Positions 34,153 through 45,887 of a stretch of DNA of 64,000 nt are shown here, piece by piece. The stretch lies in contig JBDOQK010000077.1 in the NCBI GenBank assembly GCA_040437565.1, positions 1 to 64,000 of the forward strand, given 5' to 3'. How positions within the stretch are numbered: the stretch's first letter is position 1; every line of letters begins with the position of its first letter. Source of the stretch: Albugo candida (Eukaryota). The notes beneath the pieces are model-generated. The model did no database searches. It was given only the letters and a program-made list of their open reading frames with translations, and was not told where the DNA came from. Made by a program: the position numbers and the translations under genes.

Positions 34153-36951
34153 TCAGATCTCAATATCGCGACGTTGTGGAGGCCGAATGTGTCGCATTGT
34201 CGACCCCAAATTCGTCGGTTTGAATGGTGCCAACGCTCCGTACGGCTTTGGAATTGGAAAATGATCTGGAACGTATGCGGTAGGTCGCGTTTCGGCGGTC
34301 GAATGGATCGGTGTGGATGAATTCTCAGAGTGTAAAGCAGCAGTTTTCTGTTGTGCTTTGATCTCTCTCATCTGCTGTTCATTCCATTTTTGTTGCTGAA
34401 GCCTTACGAGCTGTTGCATCGCATCCAAAGTCGGTGGATTTCCATTCGTCACATTCCGTTGACACATTTCCAATTCTTCAAGACTCGCTTTCTTCTCCTG
34501 ATGAAGCTTCATGGCGGTCGCCTGATACATCGACAATTCCGAAACAAGTGCCATCATACGTCGTGTCGTGTCTTTGAGTTTGGATTGGAATGTGTTCACC
34601 TGCTTGGCGACTTGCAATGTCTCGCCTCGACGTTCGCACGCTTCGATGCGCAATGCATCCGATAATTTGGTGACTTCATCGAGCACCAAATCTTTCTCCA
34701 GCAATTGTTCCTTTTTACGACTCAGACGTTCTTCCATATGTATCAATTTCGATTGAAGCGCTTCCTCCGTCGGATCAAAACCTTTCAATGCTCGCCAACG
34801 TTCCGAATTGGTTGGTGTCTCGAGATCGCGACACAAAAACGCAGTCGTTTGATTCTCTTCTTCCAATTCCTTTTGCAATTCCGAAATACGAAAAATCAAT
34901 TGTGAAATTTGTGGCAATTTCAAACGGAAAATGACATTTTGTCTTTCGATATTTTGCATTTCCAACCGCAATTGTCGATATTTCTTCTCCAATTCGGTCA
35001 ATTGGATGTCATTCTCACGCAACTCCTTCTTCTGCGTGCATTCTTCCGCATACAATCGTTCCAATTCATCTTTCCAATGTCTCCATTCCGCATGGACGCG
35101 ATTCCGACCTTCCACAGCAATGTCAAAGCTTTTTTTCAGCCGTATCAGTTCCTTTTCCGCGCTGCAAAGAATCGAATTCAATTTTTCAATCTCAATCATT
35201 TGCTGTTCGATGGTCTCTTGTTTGTGGCGATATAATTCCTGGCATTTATCGCTTTCCAAACGCAATCCGTCACGAGCACTTTTCGCATTGGTATGTGTCA
35301 ATCGTTCTTTCATCAAAGCGGTGTCTTTGGTCAGCGATTCATTTCGAAGCACATGGACTTCATTTTGAAGAATTTTGATCTTCTCACGCATTTCCGCGAT
35401 CGCTTGGGAAGAAGCTTGGATCAGATTCACATATTTGTTACGTTCGTGTTTGAGGAGATCGTACAGCGCCGAAAATGATTTCATCTGTGCGTGCTTCTCG
35501 TTCCATTGTTTCGCCATATCGAAAATCAAAAGCTCGCGCATGTGAAGTTGTCGTTCGACTGCTTTTTGTGCGTCGATTGCCATGGAAACCTCACGCGATT
35601 TCATCGTATGCTGTTCCAACAATAACGCCAGCAATTTCCGTTGTTTGGTTTCCTCACGACTCCAAATGACCCCATCCGCTTCCAATTGCGCTATCGCCAT
35701 ATTCAACGTCTCGAGCTCTATTTGATATCGATTTCCACCGGATTCCTGCTCCACCATTCGACGTGCAAGCATATCGCATTCTCGCTTCATTTCCAATTGT
35801 TTGGTTTCGTTACGCGCATTTTCACCACAGAGAGAATTCAATTGATGCGTTGCGTCGACAATTTGTGATTTGAGATTCGGTAAAAGCGCTTTTTGTGCAT
35901 CCAATTGCCCAATTTGCTTTTTCAGTTCTCTTTTCACATTGTCAAAGAGTTTCTGCAGCTTTGATAGTCGATCTCGTTCATGACGATCCTCCATGACGAC
36001 CTGTTTCATTGCCAATTCCAGCCGAGCTTTCTCACCCAATTGATGCACATACGCGTTCTGTTCCTCGCGTAAATGGATACTCACGTGATCCAAATCGCGT
36101 TGACGCTGTTCTGAAGTTTCCCGATGCATTTCCAACTTTTGATACAGATCTTTGAGACATTGTGTCGTGTCTTTGGCTTTGACGCTTTGGGCGTCGAATG
36201 ATTCACTCATTCGATCGAATTGGTGCTGTAAATTGGCAATTTCCACAGTCAATCCGGAGACCGCATTCTGCACAATATCGCCTTGTTTCGTCATTCGTTC
36301 CGGTTCCTGAGACACAATGTACAATTCCGATGCCAATTCCTGGATGGATTTCTCCAAAATCGTATTTTCCGATTGGAAATGATGCACTTTCGATATCAAT
36401 TCCGTCTTCCAATCCGATTCTTTGGCTATTTCTCCATCGAATCGTTCCATTTCCACACGCAATCGACACGTTTGATGATCCAAATCGATACGTTCAGGCT
36501 CCAGAGCTTTGATATGCGCCAATTCAATTGTCTCTTTTTCCATTCGGATTTCAATCAGCTCACGTCCGAGTTCAGACAATTCAAATGTCAGCACCGCATC
36601 GCGATCCACGGAATCCGCCAAATCGCGCAATGCTTTCTCCTGCGCGTGTTCCAAAGCCGTACAACTCGCAACTTGTGCAGCCTTACGAATGGATTGCTTC
36701 TCAGCTCGAATCTTCTCACGCAAAAGGTCAGTGCCAAGTTCTTTGAGCTGTTTCTCCAATTGTTTTTCGCTCTTGTACGTTGTCAACACATTCTCATTCA
36801 CATTCACATACACGTCTTTGTAATAGTCGAAATCCTGGCATGAGATCATTTCCGCTTGATAGTACTGCTCCAGCAACTGGATCGCTGCATGCTGTGACGC
36901 GAGAACAGCTTGGGCATCGGAGGAGGCGTCCCCTTCCTTGTGCTTATCCAT
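34153..36951 (-). CDS. CCDC146: Flagellar coiled-coil protein CCDC146/MBO2, 932 aa
   Basis: Long coiled coil; ERNKYVNLIQ, RRMMALVSELSMYQA, C-terminal RPTAYVP...PKPYGALAPFKP...MRHIRPP..RDIEI. Confidence 0.9.
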   Translation of the reverse strand: MDKHKEGDASSDAQAVLASQHAAIQLLEQYYQAEMISCQDFDYYKDVYVNVNENVLTTYKSEKQLEKQLKELGTDLLREKIRAEKQSIRKAAQVASCTALEHAQEKALRDLADSVDRDAVLTFELSELGRELIEIRMEKETIELAHIKALEPERIDLDHQTCRLRVEMERFDGEIAKESDWKTELISKVHHFQSENTILEKSIQELASELYIVSQEPERMTKQGDIVQNAVSGLTVEIANLQHQFDRMSESFDAQSVKAKDTTQCLKDLYQKLEMHRETSEQRQRDLDHVSIHLREEQNAYVHQLGEKARLELAMKQVVMEDRHERDRLSKLQKLFDNVKRELKKQIGQLDAQKALLPNLKSQIVDATHQLNSLCGENARNETKQLEMKRECDMLARRMVEQESGGNRYQIELETLNMAIAQLEADGVIWSREETKQRKLLALLLEQHTMKSREVSMAIDAQKAVERQLHMRELLIFDMAKQWNEKHAQMKSFSALYDLLKHERNKYVNLIQASSQAIAEMREKIKILQNEVHVLRNESLTKDTALMKERLTHTNAKSARDGLRLESDKCQELYRHKQETIEQQMIEIEKLNSILCSAEKELIRLKKSFDIAVEGRNRVHAEWRHWKDELERLYAEECTQKKELRENDIQLTELEKKYRQLRLEMQNIERQNVIFRLKLPQISQLIFRISELQKELEEENQTTAFLCRDLETPTNSERWRALKGFDPTEEALQSKLIHMEERLSRKKEQLLEKDLVLDEVTKLSDALRIEACERRGETLQVAKQVNTFQSKLKDTTRRMMALVSELSMYQATAMKLHQEKKASLEELEMCQRNVTNGNPPTLDAMQQLVRLQQQKWNEQQMREIKAQQKTAALHSENSSTPIHSTAETRPTAYVPDHFPIPKPYGALAPFKPTNLGSTMRHIRPPQRRDIEI

Positions 36952-37014
36952 CGCGACGCTATAAAGCCTGAGGTCGTTTCGATTTCGATCCTTTTTTTAG
37001 CTCGGAAACAATTC

Positions 37015-40000
37015 TCAAAATTGAACTTCGCTGACACGTTTTCGCTCGACAATCATTTCAGCGAATGCTAACGGATCGAATTCCATTGCGTCCAATAAAT
37101 TTGGAAATGTCGTTTCCACAATTTCAATCAAAATCTTTTCGACGGAATCCCACGCTTCCATTTCGATCAGATTTGTCAATTTCGAAAATACTTTGGGTTG
37201 TTCACGTAAATATTTCTGCAATTCCTTGGCTTTTTGTAATTCGTCGGCTGTGTACACGTAATCGCTCATTTTCCAATGCTCCAAATCGCGTAAGACGGTC
37301 TCTCGATCCTCAGCACTCATCCCACTCCATTCAAAGTCCTTTTGCGGTGTCGATATCACGTACGTGTCCTTCGATCGATTCCAAGGACGAGGATCACCGT
37401 ATTGCGATTGAGATCGTCGGGTCACATGCGATTCCTTTGGAAGCTGTTGCACGGGCGTCAGCAACTGTGTGGAAGTCGACGAATCGATTGAATTGGGACG
37501 GATGTACGCTTCTTCAGCCTTTGGAACGAAATGACGTCGAGAAACGCCTTGTTCGAGCAGAATACTGTCGGAATATCGACCGCCTGTTGGAGCGCGATGG
37601 AGAAGCATTTCGTGACAGGATTCCTTGGCAAGCACACGTATCCATGCGATCATTTCACTTTCCGTCTCGGCACCAAAGAAATACGTTCGTTGATCTTTCC
37701 ACGGAGGAACGATTTTAAAGTAATGAAGCGACCAATTCCGTGTATTGAGCTCATTCAGACGACATACGTCCACACGAACGCCCTGCAAAAAGACAATCAG
37801 ATCGGAGGAGGGACCCTGTCATTACGTGCCTTCAAATTGATTACACCCAATGGAGTCGGAACGGAGGCGTTCGAATAGTACGTGAGCTTCCCTTCACGAG
37901 CCACAAACCATCGCTGCTTCCAATTCTTCACGAAACCTCCTTGTTTATAAAGCCATCCCATCTGTTGTCCCTGAGTCCGACACACTGTTTCTTCGTGGTT
38001 GACGTGTTTATCGGTGCTGGGAAGAAGAGCAAAACAACTCATTCGTTCGCTTTGAAGTCGTCTATCGTCATGAGAGTCCTCGGAATCCAATGCGTGTGCG
38101 ACTTCCGATGAAGGATCGACTTGTTGGGATTCGATCTCCACGCAACATTCCACGAAAAACGACTCGGGGAACCGATCGCTGTCAGCTGCCTCGTCGACAT
38201 CTGTCTTTCCAAGTCGATACACTGCACACTAAAGCAAATGATGAGATATCGCAATGACTTTTGACGGGGAAACGCACATTTTTCCGCAGAAAACTCGTAT
38301 GAAAACTGAAATGGAACATTTGAACAATGTGTTTGCCCAACATTGTCGACGTATTTGCGTGGAAACAACGGATCAGAATATCGCCCTCAATGTAACAATT
38401 GGTCTGTAGTCAAAATGTCGTCAGCTGATATCCATTTCATTGCGAAACACTCGCACCTCAAACGCAATGATTCCATTATCGTCCGCCACATATGTCTCGA
38501 AAACAGGTCGCTGCCATGAACTATTGTACAAAAGACGAGTCTTTCGATGTTGGAATGGAGCTGGAGATACTTGCAAGAAAGGTGTGCATCCGCCTCGAGG
38601 TGCAGCATCAAAGTCTGGAATCCCGTGCAGAATCACGCGTTTGAGTAGCTACAGCATCACATCAGCCGGGTGTCTCAATAGGAACGTCCTGTGGTAGCGT
38701 ACCAAGCGTTTGGGTGGTAGCAATGCGGGAATACTGGCGACTTGACCTCGCAATTTCCGAAGCATTTTGACAAAGTAATAGATGTAAAGCGCTTGACTGG
38801 GGAATCGGACGCCTTGGCCACGCAGCTGACAGAAATGATCAACGGTGTGGCTGACCATCATGTACATTTCACGTCGACTTTTGAGACTATGGAGACTTCC
38901 ATGCTCCCCAGTCAACAATAGAAAACAAGAGCAAATCACTCCCGTTCTGCCTTTTCCAGCGAGACAATGAGCTACTACGACGTTGTCGGGATGCTGGCAA
39001 GTCCACCGAAGCATATCGTTCATGATTTCGATCAGTAGTTGCAACGGAGGAGGATGATGATCCGGGAAGCCGAATTCCGCGACCTGATAAAATTTGGAGT
39101 AATCGTAGCGGCTGTTAAGTATTATAAAAGAGGAGTAATTAGATATGGGAGGTTAAATTGGAAATAGAGGAGATTAAAGGAAGCGGTGTACCGTTCACTT
39201 AAGTTGTAAACACGATACGAATGCGGATGACGTGAATTGAGGAATTTGGCGACCTCATTGATGTCATTGCGATAGGTTTTCTCGACGCCGGATGCGGGNN
39301 NNNNNNNNNNNNNNNNNNNNNNNNNNNNNNNNNNNNNNNNNNNNNNNNNNNNNNNNNNNNNNNNNNNNNNNNNNNNNNNNNNNNNNNNNNNNNNNNNNGA
39401 TGTTGGAATGGAGCTGGAGATACTTGCAAGAAAGGTGTGCATCCGCCTCGAGGTGCAGCATCAAAGTCTGGAATCCCGTGCAGAATCACGCGTTTGAGTA
39501 GCTACAGCATCACATCAGCCGGGTGTCTCAATAGGAACGTCCTGTGGTAGCGTACCAAGCGTTTGGGTGGTAGCAATGCGGGAATACTGGCGACTTGACC
39601 TCGCAATTTCCGAAGCATTTTGACAAAGTAATAGATGTAAAGCGCTTGACTGGGGAATCGGACGCCTTGGCCACGCAGCTGACAGAAATGATCAACGGTG
39701 TGGCTGACCATCATGTACATTTCACGTCGACTTTTGAGACTATGGAGACTTCCATGCTCCCCAGTCAACAATAGAAAACAAGAGCAAATCACTCCCGTTC
39801 TGCCTTTTCCAGCGAGACAATGAGCTACTACGACGTTGTCGGGATGCTGGCAAGTCCACCGAAGCATATCGTTCATGATTTCGATCAGTAGTTGCAACGG
39901 AGGAGGATGATGATCCGGGAAGCCGAATTCCGCGACCTGATAAAATTTGGAGTAATCGTAGCGGCTGTTAAGTATTATAAAAGAGGAGTAATTAGATATG

Positions 40001-40259
40001 GGAGGTTAAATTGGAAATAGAGGAGATTAAAGGAAGCGGTGTACCGTTCACTTAAGTTGTAAACACGATACGAATGCGGATGACGTGAATTGAGGAATTT
40101 GGCGACCTCATTGATGTCATTGCGATAGGTTTTCTCGACGCCGGATGCGGGATACCCCATTGCGATCAGATTTGGTGTTATGTACGTGAGATCCAAGTCG
40201 AATCCATCACGATTATACCGTCGGCGTGTGCCGGAGACAGCGGCGCGTATTTTTTTCAT
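37015..40259 (-). CDS. PTEN: PTEN-like phosphatase-C2-PH fusion, multi-exon (span inflated by 853 nt of gap plus duplicated sequence)
   Basis: [56 protein letters not shown]2 [11 protein letters not shown]...MFHFSFHT...[27 protein letters not shown]...[18 protein letters not shown]. Confidence 0.9.
39399..40151. repeat. Copy of 38546-39298 across gap (probable assembly overlap)
   Basis: Offset 853; identical translations; flanks gap 39299-39398. Confidence 0.9.
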
Positions 40260-40604
40260 CCGATTTATTTGTTGCGACGCTCTTCTCGAGTCTGCTGAAT
40301 TGACTTTTGCTCGATTGATAATTTGGGTTATAACATATGTACCGGATACTAATTGTGACAGATAATAAAGTGTATGTTCAGTTGTTACCGTACGGTCATA
40401 CCAATAGTATGTGCCCTCCCAATAATGATGGCTGATCACAGCATAACCGCGATCAGTAACGTATTCACCGTTAGAAGTTTGGCTTTTTTTTTTCTCAGCA
40501 TTCTCTCAAATTTGCCCAAGGGATTCTTCTATACGCGAGGTTCTTTTTCAGGTGTAATATTATTCACTTGGACGTCCCGTTTCTAAGGTTCGGGCTAAGG
40601 GTTT

Positions 40605-40612
40605 TATATAAA
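40605..40612 (+). promoter_or_regulatory. TATA-like element upstream of tRNA-Val
   Basis: TATATAAA about 28-35 nt upstream of the mature 5' end, with CAA immediately before the tRNA, as at TBP/TFIIIB sites of plant and fission-yeast tRNA genes. Confidence 0.4.
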
Positions 40613-40639
40613 CTTGAGTTACTACTCTCCATCGAACAA

Positions 40640-40712
40640 GTCAGCGTAGTGTAGTGGTTATCACATCTGCCTTACACGCAGAAGGTCGCCGGTTCGATCC
40701 CGGCCGTTGATA
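40640..40712 (+). tRNA. tRNA-Val (anticodon TAC)
   Basis: Acceptor GTCAGCG/CGTTGAT+A; D arm GTGTAGTGGTTATCAC; anticodon stem TCTGC/GCAGA with loop CTTACAC; T loop GGTTCGATCC; T-runs right after. Confidence 0.97.
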
Positions 40713-40731
40713 TGATTTTACATTTTTATCG

Positions 40732-42358
40732 TCAAATGCATTTCATTTTTGCAAGCTGTCGCATCATATTTTTCTGATGTGACTCGTTTGTGCCACCACC
40801 GATCTCAAGCAATTTGGCATCCCTCCAAAGACGCTCCACGACATAATCTCCAATGTACCCATTACCTCCAAGAGTCTGAATAGCTCGATCGGCGATGCGT
40901 TTCGCCATATGACCGCAATATAACTTGACTCCATCGCAATCCAGAGAATCTTCCGCTGAATCTAGAGCGAGATTTCTATAGAGCAGTCAGTGACAATCTT
41001 CATTCGATATTTCGTGAGTACCGCGCTACTTGATACACATACGAACGTCCAGCCATAAACTCGGCGTACGACTCACTGATGCTTTTCTGGATTTGACCAA
41101 AACTGTTGAGTGATTGTCCAAATGCTTGCCGTTCCTGCCAATACCAAAATAAGAGTGAAAAGATGATGGCAGAAAAGGTTTTATACTTTGGCGTAGTCAT
41201 TCATGATCTGGAGGGAGCGTCGTGCAATTCCCAAACTCATTGCCGCTAAAGTAACGCGTTCAATCTTGAGGTTTCGCATCATATACACAACTGCATCGTC
41301 CTCTTTCCCAATCAAATTCTCAATTGGAACTTTGCAGTCTTGGAATACCAATTCTGCTGTGTTGGATGCTCGCATTCCGCATTTATTCTAAAAAGATGTA
41401 CACCGTGAAACTGCAAATATGAAGTTGAAGGATCGTCTAGTTGCCTTGATGCGCTGACCGAGTGAAAATCCTTCGAATCCTTTCTCCACAATAAAGCAGG
41501 AAATATTCTTTCGATTCGTGTTGGATTCACCAGTTCGGGCATACACCAGAAAGTAATCGCCCAACTCTGTATCGTTAAGAGCTCCATTCGTGATCCACAT
41601 CCTACAAATTACATTACCATTAGGCATTTCATCACATTATATCGAGAAAGTCCTTACTTGGATCCATTGAGAAGGTAATAGTCCCCGCATCTCGATAGCT
41701 TTGCATGAGTGCTCATTCCAAGTACATCCGTTCCGACTGAAGGCTCACTCATACCCATTCCACAAATCTTTTCGCCTGCGCAAGCTTGTGGGAGATACTT
41801 TACACACTGCTGTTCATTTCCATTTTGCGCCAAATTGTTCACAAACAGCATCGAATGAGCCAAATACGACAGACAGAATGCCGGATCACTGGATGCTAAC
41901 TCTTCATGAGCAATGACTGCTGCAGTAGCATCCATATTTGATCCTCCATACCTATTCATATCAATCAGTTCAACGATTGGATTATGAATTACTCGCTTTT
42001 CTGGCGTTGTTATGCCCAATAATCCAAGTGCTCCAAGCTCTCGAAATAAATTGCTGTTGAATTTCTCGTCACAATTGAAGGAAAGAGCCTGCATTCGACA
42101 TTTTAGTGGATGAAGAGGGTTGGCGGAATGATATTTCTACCTGCGGCTCGACCTTTTCTCTGACGAAATCTTCCAACATTTCGCGAAGGGATTTATGCTC
42201 TTGGCGCGGCGTAAATAGTCCAAAATCATTGCAGAGTTTTGAATTCTACAAATCTACACTTTATGCATTTGAGAAAATCGCAAGGAATCGGGCTTAACCC
42301 TTCTGCACGCAAAGGAAAAGCGTTGCTTTCGGAAGCTTTTCGTCGCGAATTTTCTCAT
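40732..42358 (-). CDS. IVD: Mitochondrial isovaleryl-CoA dehydrogenase, multi-exon (copy 1)
   Basis: Presequence MRKFATKSFRKQRF; LSYLAHSMLFVNNL, MSEPSVGTD, LNGSK/MWITNG, GMRASNTAELVF, RQAFGQ, AIQTLGGNGY..DYVVERLWRDAKLLEIGGGT; stop at 40732. Confidence 0.92.
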
Positions 42359-43111
42359 TGAAGTTCAATTCACTAGGTTCTTTAGGTACAGGCAACGAAC
42401 TTTGTTACATTCGCATGCTGACCCGATGGAAATGACAGCTTCGTATGCTGATATAATGCATTTCCAAGGGACCCACGCAGTATTTTTATCATTTCGATGC
42501 CTATACACGCAACTCGCACGTCCAAGACATTCCGTGTCGAAATCTGATTTATATGTACCATATTTCCTGTATAATCTAATATCACACCACCAGATGACAT
42601 CTCAATCATTCATGCGCGTCGATAATGTATCTGTGTATCAGCTCTTGGCGTTCGTTTTGCTACTAGTACTATTAAGCTCCTGGCTATTATCGAATATATC
42701 AAACATCCAATTTATCTCAAGACGCTTTTTTCCCGGGAAACAAAACACTGTCTTACTGGTGGGACCCGCAAATGCTGGCAAAACAGCTCTTCTTCATTTC
42801 TTACGGCATGGAGTGGAAGTTGCCACAGTAACATCCATGAAAGAAAACGACTGCAGCATTTCACTACACTCCACCCTGAAAACGACACCCGACACAAAAC
42901 AGCTCCATATAATCGATTTCCCCGGTCACGAACGTACTTGCGTAGACGTTCGTGACCGGGGAAATCGATTATATGGAGCTGTTTTGTGTCGGGTGTCGTT
43001 TTCAGNNNNNNNNNNNNNNNNNNNNNNNNNNNNNNNNNNNNNNNNNNNNNNNNNNNNNNNNNNNNNNNNNNNNNNNNNNNNNNNNNNNNNNNNNNNNNNN
43101 NNNNNTTATCG

Positions 43112-44738
43112 TCAAATGCATTTCATTTTTGCAAGCTGTCGCATCATATTTTTCTGATGTGACTCGTTTGTGCCACCACCGATCTCAAGCAATTTGGCAT
43201 CCCTCCAAAGACGCTCCACGACATAATCTCCAATGTACCCATTACCTCCAAGAGTCTGAATAGCTCGATCGGCGATGCGTTTCGCCATATGACCGCAATA
43301 TAACTTGACTCCATCGCAATCCAGAGAATCTTCCGCTGAATCTAGAGCGAGATTTCTATAGAGCAGTCAGTGACAATCTTCATTCGATATTTCGTGAGTA
43401 CCGCGCTACTTGATACACATACGAACGTCCAGCCATAAACTCGGCGTACGACTCACTGATGCTTTTCTGGATTTGACCAAAACTGTTGAGTGATTGTCCA
43501 AATGCTTGCCGTTCCTGCCAATACCAAAATAAGAGTGAAAAGATGATGGCAGAAAAGGTTTTATACTTTGGCGTAGTCATTCATGATCTGGAGGGAGCGT
43601 CGTGCAATTCCCAAACTCATTGCCGCTAAAGTAACGCGTTCAATCTTGAGGTTTCGCATCATATACACAACTGCATCGTCCTCTTTCCCAATCAAATTCT
43701 CAATTGGAACTTTGCAGTCTTGGAATACCAATTCTGCTGTGTTGGATGCTCGCATTCCGCATTTATTCTAAAAAGATGTACACCGTGAAACTGCAAATAT
43801 GAAGTTGAAGGATCGTCTAGTTGCCTTGATGCGCTGACCGAGTGAAAATCCTTCGAATCCTTTCTCCACAATAAAGCAGGAAATATTCTTTCGATTCGTG
43901 TTGGATTCACCAGTTCGGGCATACACCAGAAAGTAATCGCCCAACTCTGTATCGTTAAGAGCTCCATTCGTGATCCACATCCTACAAATTACATTACCAT
44001 TAGGCATTTCATCACATTATATCGAGAAAGTCCTTACTTGGATCCATTGAGAAGGTAATAGTCCCCGCATCTCGATAGCTTTGCATGAGTGCTCATTCCA
44101 AGTACATCCGTTCCGACTGAAGGCTCACTCATACCCATTCCACAAATCTTTTCGCCTGCGCAAGCTTGTGGGAGATACTTTACACACTGCTGTTCATTTC
44201 CATTTTGCGCCAAATTGTTCACAAACAGCATCGAATGAGCCAAATACGACAGACAGAATGCCGGATCACTGGATGCTAACTCTTCATGAGCAATGACTGC
44301 TGCAGTAGCATCCATATTTGATCCTCCATACCTATTCATATCAATCAGTTCAACGATTGGATTATGAATTACTCGCTTTTCTGGCGTTGTTATGCCCAAT
44401 AATCCAAGTGCTCCAAGCTCTCGAAATAAATTGCTGTTGAATTTCTCGTCACAATTGAAGGAAAGAGCCTGCATTCGACATTTTAGTGGATGAAGAGGGT
44501 TGGCGGAATGATATTTCTACCTGCGGCTCGACCTTTTCTCTGACGAAATCTTCCAACATTTCGCGAAGGGATTTATGCTCTTGGCGCGGCGTAAATAGTC
44601 CAAAATCATTGCAGAGTTTTGAATTCTACAAATCTACACTTTATGCATTTGAGAAAATCGCAAGGAATCGGGCTTAACCCTTCTGCACGCAAAGGAAAAG
44701 CGTTGCTTTCGGAAGCTTTTCGTCGCGAATTTTCTCAT
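43112..44738 (-). CDS. IVD: Isovaleryl-CoA dehydrogenase, second copy inside the 40726-42935 / 43106-45315 duplication (probably artefactual)
   Basis: Identical ORF translations at offset 2380; the copies flank gap 43006-43105. Confidence 0.7.
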
Positions 44739-44973
44739 TGAAGTTCAATTCACTAGGTTCTTTAGGTACAGGCAACGAACTTTGTTACATTCGCATGCTG
44801 ACCCGATGGAAATGACAGCTTCGTATGCTGATATAATGCATTTCCAAGGGACCCACGCAGTATTTTTATCATTTCGATGCCTATACACGCAACTCGCACG
44901 TCCAAGACATTCCGTGTCGAAATCTGATTTATATGTACCATATTTCCTGTATAATCTAATATCACACCACCAG

Positions 44974-45835
44974 ATGACATCTCAATCATTCATGCGCGTC
45001 GATAATGTATCTGTGTATCAGCTCTTGGCGTTCGTTTTGCTACTAGTACTATTAAGCTCCTGGCTATTATCGAATATATCAAACATCCAATTTATCTCAA
45101 GACGCTTTTTTCCCGGGAAACAAAACACTGTCTTACTGGTGGGACCCGCAAATGCTGGCAAAACAGCTCTTCTTCATTTCTTACGGCATGGAGTGGAAGT
45201 TGCCACAGTAACATCCATGAAAGAAAACGACTGCAGCATTTCACTACACTCCACCCTGAAAACGACACCCGACACAAAACAGCTCCATATAATCGATTTC
45301 CCCGGTCACGAACGTCTACGCAAGTACGTATGCATCGGGATTCCTACCACCTCTAACATTTTATAGTCGTGTTTTCGAGTTCACTCCTATTACCTCCAAA
45401 ATCGTATTCCTCGTGGACGCAGCGGATCGCAAAAGTTGGCGTAGCGCAGCCGAGTAAGTAGCATTTCTCACTCAAGGTCAATTGCTTATGGTATGCTGTA
45501 GATATCTGCACGACTTATTCTCCAATCCAAAGCTCAACGACTTGGCACCTCCGATACTTATCGCATGCAATAAAATGGATCAAAGCTCGTCTGCATCTTC
45601 TCAATGCATTCAAAAAACTCTAGAGCATGAGCTGACACAACTGAAATCAACTCGTGTGTCTATGGAAACCCATGATCAAAGCCATTTCGATCAAGAAACA
45701 ACCAGTGTGCCTGTGGGGAGAGAAGGCTCAGCATTTACTTTCGAGACGGATTCTCCATGTGAATGTACATTCACAGACTGCTCCGTAAAAAGTCGAGATA
45801 TTCAGGATATTATCGTCTTTATATGCACGAAATGA
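44974..45835 (+). CDS. SRPRB: SRP receptor beta subunit; introns 45324-45366 and 45454-45501
   Basis: N-terminal TM, VLLVGPANAGKTALL, TVTSM, IIDFPGHERLR, IVFLVD, ILIACNKMD. A truncated duplicate sits at 42594-42935. Confidence 0.93.
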
Positions 45836-45887
45836 GAAAGAAAAACAGACTTTTGCTTTGCTTTGTATGGTATTTGTGTTATGTGTA

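Noticed and set aside
42860..43005. About 70-bp inverted repeat in the first SRPRB copy that looks like a hairpin RNA or MITE end
   Set aside because: It is the reverse complement of the same exon, switching at an ACGT microhomology at the contig end; the second copy (45240-45330) lacks it. Typical fold-back chimeric read.
40726..45315. Tandem duplication of IVD/SRPRB as a real gene amplification
   Set aside because: The copies appear identical and are bounded by the N gap, like the other gap-flanking overlaps.
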